In this document: piece by piece, positions 8,583-16,417 of the stretch
Layout: the number at the start of each line of letters is the position of its first letter
How positions within the stretch are numbered: position 1 is the stretch's first letter
NCBI GenBank assembly: GCA_963715195.1
Contig: CAVQRT010000015.1
Coordinates: 1 to 17,278 of the forward strand
DNA: 17,278 nt
Direction: 5' to 3'
DNA from: Thermodesulfovibrionales bacterium
GTDB lineage: Bacteria; Nitrospirota; Thermodesulfovibrionia; Thermodesulfovibrionales; SM23-35
The notes under the pieces: model-generated
What the model was told of the DNA's origin: nothing
The model's input: only the letters and a program-made list of their open reading frames with translations
The model's database searches: none
Position numbers and translations under genes: made by a program

Positions 8583-8600
8583 TCTGATTTCGCGGCAAAT

Positions 8601-9059
8601 ATGGGAAGAATTTCAAAACTAATTGTGTTGTCTGTCCTGCTGGTTTTTGTTTTAAGTATTTCAATTCATGCTGCGACATGGGAATTTCTTGGTAAGACAG
8701 TCGATGGAAGTATTTATTATTATGATAGAAGTTCAGTTCAATACCTCACAGGGAATATTGTGCGGTTCTGGGGGAAAGAGATTCCAAGCGAAAGCGCGAG
8801 AAAAGAGAATATGATAGAACTTGGCTTCAAATATCTCGGTTATCTCGATGGCAAATTTATGAAATACAGTAGTCATAAAGTATTAGCGGAGATAAATTGT
8901 TCCAAAGAACAAATAAGAACTTTAAGTTATGTAATTTTTGACTTGGAAGGGAATATTATAGGGTCATTGAATGAATCTTCAGCTTGGGTCCGCATAGTTC
9001 CAGAAAGTATAGTAGAATTAGCTTCTGATAAATTATGTCGTCAAAAGGGCAGGAAATAG
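8601..9059 (+). CDS. Exported protein, surface-adhesin E-like
   Basis: Signal peptide (MGRISK-hydrophobic-IHA/A); W....DG..YYYD..S, VRFW.K, EINC, YVIFDLEGN, W..IVPES, terminal LC. Confidence 0.7.
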   Translation: MGRISKLIVLSVLLVFVLSISIHAATWEFLGKTVDGSIYYYDRSSVQYLTGNIVRFWGKEIPSESARKENMIELGFKYLGYLDGKFMKYSSHKVLAEINCSKEQIRTLSYVIFDLEGNIIGSLNESSAWVRIVPESIVELASDKLCRQKGRK

Positions 9060-9090
9060 AGGACAGGCAGAGGGCTAAGGGGGATTCGCT

Positions 9091-9270
9091 TTGACAAAGT
9101 ATTCTATAGTAGGAGCTATAATCGCATTTGCAGTTACTCATTATATTCTCAAATTGAGTCTTATACCGACAATCCTGGCGACGGCTGCTGGAGGGATTCT
9201 TGCCCAAGTTATAGCTACTTTATTGGTGAAGACGAAAGAAGGTAGCAAAGAGACTTCACAAAGAGATTAA
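9091..9270 (+). CDS. Small membrane protein, 59 aa (not in ORF track)
   Basis: AAGGGGGA SD-like motif, then TTG; MTKYSIVGAIIAFAVTHYILKLSLIPTILATAAGGILAQVIATLLVKTKEGSKETSQRD*, with two hydrophobic segments and a charged tail. Confidence 0.6.
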   Translation: MTKYSIVGAIIAFAVTHYILKLSLIPTILATAAGGILAQVIATLLVKTKEGSKETSQRD

Positions 9271-9308
9271 AAAGGAACTGAGCACTAAAGTTTAGAAAGG
9301 AGAATATT

Positions 9309-9482
9309 ATGGACATTGGAGATGCACTACGATTAGTAAAGGATAAATATGTCGAAGAAGAAAAAGGAGTAACTACGGGTAAACTCGCCAACAAATACAA
9401 AGATGCGTGCAATCAATATCCAGTATTAATGGCCACCGCCCAACATATATGGGCCAAGGAGCTTTCCAAAGATTTGTCCTGA
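9309..9482 (+). CDS. Small hypothetical protein, 57 aa (not in ORF track)
   Basis: Strong SD AAAGGAG 6 nt before ATG; MDIGDALRLVKDKYVEEEKGVTTGKLANKYKDACNQYPVLMATAQHIWAKELSKDLS*. Confidence 0.6.
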   Translation: MDIGDALRLVKDKYVEEEKGVTTGKLANKYKDACNQYPVLMATAQHIWAKELSKDLS

Positions 9483-9643
9483 GTTATTGCTAACAGCGTG
9501 TATGTCTTCCCGATATCCACAGAACTTTGAGCACCGATGCCGCTGCGTTGTCCACATAGATAGTGATATCAGTGGGCATGCAATATTACGTTGAATATTC
9601 ACTGAAATCAGCGCACCCCATATAAGAAGCTATAACGTCAGTA

Positions 9644-9695
9644 TTGACAAAAGAGTATCGTTATTAATACACTTGTATTATACATATGTATTAAT
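9644..9695 (+). promoter_or_regulatory. Promoter with tandem palindromic operator, likely the TetR autoregulatory site
   Basis: TTGACA (9644-9649), 18 bp, TACACT (9668-9673). Palindromes TAATACA-CT-TGTATTA (9665-9680) and ATACATATGTAT (9680-9691) cover the -10/TSS region. Confidence 0.7.
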
Positions 9696-9709
9696 ATTTG
9701 GGAGAAACC

Positions 9710-10402
9710 ATGAACGATTCAGATGAAGGCAATACAAAAGACATTCTCTTTGTCGCCGCTATTAAGGTTTTTGCGAGAAAAGGATATAAGGGAGCAACTG
9801 TCAGAGAAATCTGCAAGTTAGCCGGAGCGGCGAATCTGAACTCGATCAACTACTATTTTGGGGGGAAGGAAAATCTTTATAAAAGCATTCTTGACAGTAT
9901 TTTTTCAGATTATCAGAAACGGAAAGATAGTCAGCCCACACTGAAACGGAAAAAGAGCACGACCGAAGAACGACTGAGGAGTTTCATTCATATTTACTGT
10001 GAAATGCTATATGCCGGTGGCGAATTGGCCACTGATCTATCAACGATCTTCATAGCTGAAATGTCGCGTCCATCCTCTTACCTGAGTAAAATGGCGAAAA
10101 AGTATATGGTTCCTCAAGCTGAAGAACTCACGGCAATATTACAGGATATCCTTGGCCCGAATACATCAATGCACACTGTCCGCGACTGCGGGATCAGTAT
10201 CGTTGGTGCAATTGGCTATTATGGATTTACCTGGCCTCTGTTATCACAAATTTACTCTGATCTCCCCAATATGCAGCGTTATTACACACACCTGGCCGAT
10301 CATGTATTTCAATTCTCTTTGGGTGGACTCAAGGCTGTAAGAAAAACTATTGCCAGAGGCGATAAATTGCCAAGCAGAAATAGCAAAAAAGGAATACCTT
10401 GA
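9710..10402 (+). CDS. TetR/AcrR family regulator (CecR/YbiH-like C-terminal domain)
   Basis: HTH AAIKVFARKGYKGATVREICKLAG...INYYFGGKENLY; C-terminal HVFQFSLGGL; SD GGGAG before ATG 9710. Confidence 0.92.
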   Translation: MNDSDEGNTKDILFVAAIKVFARKGYKGATVREICKLAGAANLNSINYYFGGKENLYKSILDSIFSDYQKRKDSQPTLKRKKSTTEERLRSFIHIYCEMLYAGGELATDLSTIFIAEMSRPSSYLSKMAKKYMVPQAEELTAILQDILGPNTSMHTVRDCGISIVGAIGYYGFTWPLLSQIYSDLPNMQRYYTHLADHVFQFSLGGLKAVRKTIARGDKLPSRNSKKGIP

Positions 10403-11121
10403 TGGATGAAGGCAAGCTGTCTGAACTGCTTCTGGATGAGGTGAGACTTAGAATTGTTGAACCTCACCTTTACTCGACGTATTCTTCTCATGGTAATCAT
10501 AACTCTTATGACAGGTCCTTTGGAGCTCTTTACGATATCATAGCCTGTAACCGTTTCTACAATCGACTTGTCTGGGGATATCGGACCGGTGCATTTCATT
10601 CCTTTTGCCTTGATGCTCTTGGGTCAGCAACCGATGGATGGGTGCTCGATGCGGGGTGTGGATCCTTAGCCTTTTCTGCGAAAGCATATTCAAGAGATAC
10701 TGATCGCCCGGTTATTTTCCTTGACCAATCGATAGGATTGCTGCGCTTAGCAAAATCAAGGATAATCAAGCTGAACGGAAGTATCCCTCAGAATATGGTT
10801 TTCGTGCATGGGGATGCACTTCAACTGCCGTTTAAGCCCAGAAGCTTCAGCACAATAATCTCCTTGAACTTGGTGCACGTTGTCGAGGATATACAAAAGT
10901 TATTATTTGGATTGAAGAATGTATTAACAAACAATGGGTTCATTTCATTGACAACTCTTATAGAAAATAATCGACTTGCTGACAGGTATCTCCATATTTG
11001 GGGTAAGGCTGGTGAACTGTTTCCTCGAAACATAGCCCAGCTAACCAGTGTGCTGAATGCACTTGGGATGTCAGTCAAACAGCAGATCGAAGGAAATATG
11101 GCATTCATATCTTGTAAATGA
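10399..11121 (+). CDS. Class I SAM-dependent methyltransferase
   Basis: Motif I VLDAGCGS, FLDQS, GDALQLPF; start coupled to the TetR stop (TTG 10399 or ATG 10402). Confidence 0.88.
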   Translation: MMDEGKLSELLLDEVRLRIVEPHLYSTYSSHGNHNSYDRSFGALYDIIACNRFYNRLVWGYRTGAFHSFCLDALGSATDGWVLDAGCGSLAFSAKAYSRDTDRPVIFLDQSIGLLRLAKSRIIKLNGSIPQNMVFVHGDALQLPFKPRSFSTIISLNLVHVVEDIQKLLFGLKNVLTNNGFISLTTLIENNRLADRYLHIWGKAGELFPRNIAQLTSVLNALGMSVKQQIEGNMAFISCK

Positions 11122-11131
11122 GAGTTTGTCC

Positions 11132-11965
11132 ATGGGAAGGTTCGCACATATATTGCCTCAGGTACTGTTCAGCGTGATCACGCCGCCATTGCTGATACCG
11201 AGGATAGCGAGATTATCCCTTACGCGTTTCTTAGTTTCTTTTTGTTTTGGTCGAGCATATGGCAATCGTTATCAGGACATCATTGATGCTTTTCAGGGAA
11301 AATATGGCTCAGCAATGGCGGAAGGAATTGCGAAAGCCAAAGAGATGTCTGGAGATAACATTGGCATCGTCGCAGATTGTGGGACAGGCACGGGCTTTGT
11401 AACCAGACAGGCAGCAGAGCAATTTCCAAATGCGACCTTTCTTGCCTTTGACATCTTGCCTGGCATGCTTACTCAGGCACGCAACAACTGCAAGGATATT
11501 CCCACAGATGTTTTTTATGTGCAGGCGGACTCTTTTGCTTTACCACTTGCCGATCAATCTATAGACCTTATCCTGGTTCAAAATACGATCCCTTGTTTTG
11601 CGGAATTTGCACGGGTATGTCGTCCAGGCGGAATTGTCATTTATGTGGATACTTCGGCAGGATGGATCACGAACTTGGCTCAGTGGCTTGTCGAGAAAAA
11701 CAGACTATTTGAAAAAATCATTAGTAAACGAGTTGAGACGGGCTTCTACATCATTGCTCTAAAAGCTGGTAATGAAAAAGAATCAAAGAAACCTTGCATT
11801 GAGGGGGAACCCAGACATCAAAAACTTATCAGATTCCTCCGCTGTCCACTGGATAAAAGCAATCTGTCAACGGAAAGGGATCATTTATTATGCCAGCGGG
11901 GCCATCAATATCAATTCCATGACGGATTCCCGGTAATGCTGACGAAAAATAACTCTTTGCAGTAG
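11132..11965 (+). CDS. Class I SAM-dependent methyltransferase with C-terminal Trm112-like domain
   Basis: VADCGTGTG, AFDILPGML, ADSFALPL, RVCRPGG; C-terminal LRCPLDKSNL...LLCQRGHQYQFHDGFPVML. Start uncertain (ATG 11132 preferred). Confidence 0.82.
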   Translation: MGRFAHILPQVLFSVITPPLLIPRIARLSLTRFLVSFCFGRAYGNRYQDIIDAFQGKYGSAMAEGIAKAKEMSGDNIGIVADCGTGTGFVTRQAAEQFPNATFLAFDILPGMLTQARNNCKDIPTDVFYVQADSFALPLADQSIDLILVQNTIPCFAEFARVCRPGGIVIYVDTSAGWITNLAQWLVEKNRLFEKIISKRVETGFYIIALKAGNEKESKKPCIEGEPRHQKLIRFLRCPLDKSNLSTERDHLLCQRGHQYQFHDGFPVMLTKNNSLQ

Positions 11966-11977
11966 TAAGAATTTGAA

Positions 11978-12193
11978 ATGAAAAAGGATTATACAGTGAT
12001 GAATAAAAATGACCTTCAATTGGAACTAAAACGTCTGCGAGACTGCCTTGAGGATCTTGAGGAAACAATGCAGTTTAATCTCACCCATACATCTGCCCAT
12101 ATCAGTGGGCAACAAGTAAAAAAAGATGAGGAGAGTCTTGGTATGCTAAAACATGAAATTGCTACTTTAGAGCAGATATTATCTCAGAGATAA
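11978..12193 (+). CDS. Small coiled-coil hypothetical protein
   Basis: 71-aa ORF with heptad Leu pattern; alternative start ATG 11999. Confidence 0.6.
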   Translation: MKKDYTVMNKNDLQLELKRLRDCLEDLEETMQFNLTHTSAHISGQQVKKDEESLGMLKHEIATLEQILSQR

Positions 12194-12275
12194 GCAGCAT
12201 TTAATATTCCATGAGCCATACTTTGGAAAAATTAAGGAATGCGTTTAATCGCTGTTAACACTTGATAGGAAAATC

Positions 12276-12650
12276 ATGAAGATAAATTCAAAGAGATTTG
12301 CAGAAGAATGGTTTGAATCATGGAACTCACATGATCTGGATAGAATATTATCTCACTATAGTGATAATGTCGAAATCACTACACCAATGATTAAAGTTGC
12401 CACGGGAATAGAAACCGGAACACTAAAAGGAAAAAGAAATATTAGAGAATACTGGGAAACGGCATTGAAGAAAGTGCCAGATTTGCATTTTGAATTGAAA
12501 GAAATAACAGAAGGAGTGGAATCTGTAGCTATTTATTATCAATCGGTTTTTGGAAAAATGGCGATTGAAGTAATGTTTTTTGATGATGCAGGCAAAATAA
12601 ATAAGGTAATAGCGCATTACAGTAGAGTAGAGAACTGGCGTAGTAGCTAA
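12276..12650 (+). CDS. SnoaL-like / NTF2 family protein; last codons replaced by antisense intron sequence
   Basis: FAEEWFESWNSHDLDRILSHYSDNV, GK..IREYW, PDLHFE, VIAHY. Codons from 12622 onward derive from the intron. Confidence 0.9.
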   Translation: MKINSKRFAEEWFESWNSHDLDRILSHYSDNVEITTPMIKVATGIETGTLKGKRNIREYWETALKKVPDLHFELKEITEGVESVAIYYQSVFGKMAIEVMFFDDAGKINKVIAHYSRVENWRSS

Positions 12651-12678
12651 AGGCTCTATCTCCAGTTCCCCCTCATCA

Positions 12679-14620
12679 GTAGGGTCGAGGACTGGCGCGT
12701 ATCAGAGGAATTCTGCACGTCTCCAGCCCCCGCCTCGTCAAACATAGCATGCAGATTTCCCGCACTATGCTTTCCTTTCGGCTTCACTACAAGGGTTATG
12801 GTGCCTATTTGCCGGCAGTGCTTTTGAGTCCGTAGTACCTCACCTTATAATCAGCATAAAGCCTGAGGTGACAGTAAAACCAGTCTCTACTCCACCTGTC
12901 CCAGCCAAAGCCCTTACGTTTTCGAGATCTCATGAGATGACGTCTTATTTTCTTCTCGACCCAATCCTTTACATAACTAAAACATCGACTGGAATGCCCT
13001 ATCCGAAAGTAATTAACCCAGCCTCGGAGTTTCGGGTTGATCAACTCAATCACGCGTTCAACAGGTTGAGACATGAATCGCTGGAAAATCTCTTTAAGAT
13101 TTCTCAAGAGATTTGTCCGCGCCTTCATCCTCGGGGTGATGCGTAGCCCCCATTTCCCACTGAGTGTTATAATCCTCCGTATGTCGAACCCCACAAAGCT
13201 AAAGCTCTCCCCTTTCGTCAGGTCTACGACTTGGGTCTTTTCTTCGTTAACTTTTACATCCAGTCTCGCCAACTCTTCAAGAAGTCGTCGATATGCCCTC
13301 TGTAGTAACCAGTTCCAACGTCGATACCCGTCTACCAGTATCACAAGGTCATCTGCAAAGCGAGCGTACTCGATATAGGTAAAGCCAGATTTACCCGTCA
13401 CCGCCTTCGCCTTCTCAAGCATCCTATCCACCTCATTTAGGTAGATATTTGACAAGAGGGGTGAGACTACCCCACCCTGTGGAACTCCACGCTTACCGCT
13501 AGCTTTTAGTATGAGTCGCAGCAGCCACATCACTTTGTAATCGTCGACCCTTCTGGCTATCTTTTTCAACAATAGGTCATGACGCACCGTATCAAAATAC
13601 GCCTTGAGGTCAACATCGATGACTTGTGTCTTATTGTGAACGATCGCATCTGCGATTCGGTGCACCGCCTGATGCGCCGTTCGTTTCGGGCGATACCCGT
13701 ATGAACCCTCCTGAAAGTCAGCTTCAAAGATCGGTTCAAGAACAAGTTTAAGCGCTCCCTGCACTATTCGATCACGGATAGTCGGTATCCCAAGAATACG
13801 TAATTTCCCATTTCCTTTGGGTATTTCTTTCCGTCGATTTCGCATAGGCAGGTATCTCCCTGAAAGTAGTTCTCTCTGTATACTCAGAAGAAACTCTTCG
13901 CGACCGCTTCCCTCAATGGCTTCAAAGGTGACACCATCAGTTCCAGGTGCCCCATTATTCTCTTTGGCCATGACGTAGGCAGCTTGGAGCACCTCCATCT
14001 TGCATACATGAACGTACAATCCCCAAAACCGATGCTGCTTGTCGGCTTTCGCCTTGACGTATATTCTCCTCCTCAGGTCCTGCAGACTAACGGATGTCTT
14101 TGTCATCTCATCCCTGCCTTCCATTGTTGTTAGAGAAATGCCAAAAGTAGGGCCTCTTCGCTCCACAAGCATTACCCTGCTTCATCGCTACTACTGGCCC
14201 ATCCGTCACCCTTCCGCCTTCAGTCCACTTCCCAGTGTCTCCGGTTATAGGACTTACCTTGCTCCGGCGATTTCTCGCCGGGGCAGTTAGGGCTTCTCCA
14301 GTTGCTCGGTGTGTCCTTGCTGCCATGCCGCCGTTATCACCCCACTGAAGTGGAATAACCGTTTCAATCAGTTTTCGGTTATCCATGCTGCCTTCGCCCT
14401 ACGGTTGAAAGCTCGGCCTTCAGGGCTCCGTATTTTCGGGGCCACCTCCACGTTCACTTTCGTTGCGGCCTGGCAACTCGTTATCATCCTTCAGATGACA
14501 GTGTCGATGGGCTTCAGGATATCGGTTTCCCTTTACCCTGCCATCCTAACTACATGGCTTCTGACTGTTGCCATGGCAGGACTGTCTCCTGCTGAACACA
14601 CCAGCCTTTGCTGGACACAC
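12679..14620 (-). mobile_element. Inner group II intron (IIB-type RNA, 1942 nt) encoding RT/maturase, inserted in DV of the outer intron
   Basis: 5' GTGTG at 14620; epsilon' bulge AAGC (14511-14514); EBS1 AACCGT (14401-14406); DV AAGCATAGTGCGGGAAATCTGCATGCTATGTTT (12772-12740); DVI ending CTCG-A-CCCTAC with branch A at 12685. Confidence 0.93.
12805..14106 (-). CDS. ltrA: Group II intron reverse transcriptase/maturase, no endonuclease domain
   Basis: NNGAPGTDG, RILGIPTIRDRIVQ, SYGYRP, DVDLKAYFD, GVPQGGVVSPLLSNIYL, YARFADD, domain X LRGWVNYF. Ends soon after domain X. Start ATG 14106 (MTKTS) gives 433 aa. Confidence 0.95.
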   Translation of the reverse strand: MTKTSVSLQDLRRRIYVKAKADKQHRFWGLYVHVCKMEVLQAAYVMAKENNGAPGTDGVTFEAIEGSGREEFLLSIQRELLSGRYLPMRNRRKEIPKGNGKLRILGIPTIRDRIVQGALKLVLEPIFEADFQEGSYGYRPKRTAHQAVHRIADAIVHNKTQVIDVDLKAYFDTVRHDLLLKKIARRVDDYKVMWLLRLILKASGKRGVPQGGVVSPLLSNIYLNEVDRMLEKAKAVTGKSGFTYIEYARFADDLVILVDGYRRWNWLLQRAYRRLLEELARLDVKVNEEKTQVVDLTKGESFSFVGFDIRRIITLSGKWGLRITPRMKARTNLLRNLKEIFQRFMSQPVERVIELINPKLRGWVNYFRIGHSSRCFSYVKDWVEKKIRRHLMRSRKRKGFGWDRWSRDWFYCHLRLYADYKVRYYGLKSTAGK

Positions 14621-14657
14621 AACCGTACGTTCGGTTTTCCCGAATACGGCTTTCCAA

Positions 14658-14766
14658 TCATCTTCTTCCAGAGGCGTTCACAGTTTCCTTCTGCTTGGCA
14701 CTCTGGTATAGCCTTCTCCGAAGATTCCCGATTTAGAGGAGTTAATAGTCTGCCTAAGGCTGACAA
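14658..14766 (-). pseudogene. Internally deleted IEP remnant in domain IV of the outer intron
   Basis: SD GAAAGGAG, then LLTPL / frameshift / IGNLRRRLYQSAKQ (compare inner IEP LQDLRRRIYVKAK), joined directly to TVNASGRR* just before DV. Confidence 0.7.
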
Positions 14767-15386
14767 TCTCCTTTCCTTCTCTCCTTCGGAGACATGATGA
14801 AGGTATTGCCCCTTCCCTCTCCCAAAGTTATGTTGTCTTTGAGATACCAGCGGTAATATGAGCAACTCCGACTCCCTTATAGACCCGGTGAAACTTCGGC
14901 TTTCCTTATATCCACCAGTTGCTCCCGTTATCATCGAGACATCGATAAGGGTCTCCCGCGTTCATTCTCGTATGGCTTCCCCTGCGTGTCGCCCCTGTTA
15001 CCCCGGAAGTCCATCTATCGGTTACGGTAGTTTTCGTTAGGATAGATGCTTCGGTCTTCCCCAATGTAGGAACAGGGTCGACAACTTCATTCTGTTTTGT
15101 CGAGGCTACATCCAGAGTTCGCTCTCGCTACAACCCGCAGGTTCGCTCAGCTCCCTCTCGGAGCCTTTGTCAAGAAACTCAGTGCTTCAGGTTACCCTTT
15201 ACACCTCCTTCAAGCTACGTGGGTGAACTACCCAATTCCCACGACCGGACTTTAACCGGCAAGTCATACGTTTTACACGGCATGCCCTACGAACAAACAT
15301 CTACGGCATAATATGAGCAGTGAGAATTACTGATTGTAATATGCAAAAGATACTGATATTTTAGTATTTTTTAACAATTTCTTATC

Positions 15387-15488
15387 TTATTCAAAACTGT
15401 AACCGTGGAGATCAATTTCTATTTGGAATGCTTTTCTAATCATCTCACGATAATATGGAGGTAATACAGTTTGATAAGGTCGTTTATC
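15387..15488 (-). pseudogene. C-terminal fragment of the IS-interrupted sulfotransferase
   Basis: DKRPYQTVLPPYYREMIRKAFQIEIDLHGYSFE*; continues ...SQYRK in frame when the IS and one ATC copy are removed. Confidence 0.88.
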
Positions 15489-15549
15489 AGAAGTGGACCC
15501 CATTGGTTGGACAGTTTTGGGGCTGATTTAAGGTGGAAACCACCATCCA

Positions 15550-16417
15550 TCATGCCGCCAGTTTTACCGGATAACCTGCCCTTGGCAGATTCCAGTATGC
15601 CTCATGTGGTGTCCTGTCGTCCAGAGAAGAATGAGGACGCTCCTCATTGTAACGTCTGATCCATTTATCGATACCTTTCCGTGCCTCACTGCCTGTCTCA
15701 AAAGCATGTAAATAAATACACTCATATTTCAGTGACCGCCATAGCCGCTCAATCATAATGTTATCCATCCACCGACCTTTGCTGTCCATAGAAATCTTCA
15801 CCTCGGCGTCCTTGAGCACCTGTGTAAAAGAAAAGCTCGTGAATTGGCTTCCTTGATCCGTGTTGAAGATGACAGGCTTACCGTATTTGGCCAAAGCCTC
15901 CTTGAGGGCTTCGACACAGAAATCAGCATCAAGGGTATTGCTGAGCCTCCAACTGAGAACCTTCCGACTGTGCCAGTCCATGACCGCCACCAGATACAGA
16001 AAGCCCTTTCTCATCGGTATGTACGTCACGTCGGAGCACCAGACCTGGTTGGGCTCCTGTATGTCTATCCCTCTGAAGCAAATAAGGATAGATCTTATGC
16101 TCAGGATGCGGTTTGCTTGTATTGGGTTTCTGATAGATCGCCATGAGTCCCATCTTCTGCATCAGCCGACGCACCCGCTTCCGGTTAACCCAGTACCCCT
16201 GACGCCGCAGATATCGGGCCATCTGTCGGGCTCCGTAATACGGCGCTTCCAGAAACTGCTCGTCTATTAGCCTCATGAGCTTCAGATTCAACTCGCTCTC
16301 CCCGGTCGCCTCGTAATACCACGAGGAGCGGCTAATCTGAAGTAATTCGCACTGCTTTGTAATACTGAGCCCCGGATCCCCCGGTTCCACCAGCTCTTTC
16401 CTCCGCTCGCGGCTCAT
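15550..16417 (-). pseudogene. IS3 transposase OrfB (DDE), broken by one extra base near 16075-16078
   Basis: KIYPYLL continues in another frame as RGIDIQEPNQVWCSDVTYIPM; DDE motifs WCSD, NTDQGSQF, IERLWRSLKYE. Confidence 0.88.

Larger units (their letters stand above)
12622..15285 (-). mobile_element. Outer group II intron (IIB-type RNA), ORF-less, 722 nt once the inner intron is removed (15285-14621 + 12678-12622)
   Basis: 5' GCATGCCGTG; EBS1 CCTAC (15066-15070) pairs the exon end GTAGG. Rejoined DV AAGCCGTATTCGGGAAAACCGAACGTACGGTT|T; DVI GGGGGAACTGG...CCAGTTCTCT-A-CTCTAC with branch A at 12628 and AC 3' end. Confidence 0.88.

Noticed and set aside
9091..9122. Perfect TTGACA and TATAAT hexamers
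   Set aside because: Spacer is 20 bp, too long for sigma70; the region reads better as a small membrane ORF.
9483..9640. attC-like site (CTAAC after a stop codon, later GTTGAAT) suggesting integron cassettes
   Set aside because: Boxes are not complementary, no long hairpin was found, the motif does not recur between other genes, and no integrase is present.
11119..11290. Sec read-through of the first methyltransferase TGA
   Set aside because: The read-through frame does not join the second methyltransferase and no SECIS is evident.
12805..14172. RT as retron, DGR or CRISPR-associated RT
   Set aside because: Domain X, DV/DVI and GUGUG...AC boundaries identify a group II intron; no msr/msd, TR/VR pair or cas genes were seen.
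14039..15040. ORFs 14039-14290, 14108-14386, 14309-14797, 14533-14934 and 14858-15040
   Set aside because: They lie in structured intron RNA; 14533-14934 crosses the inner/outer junction.
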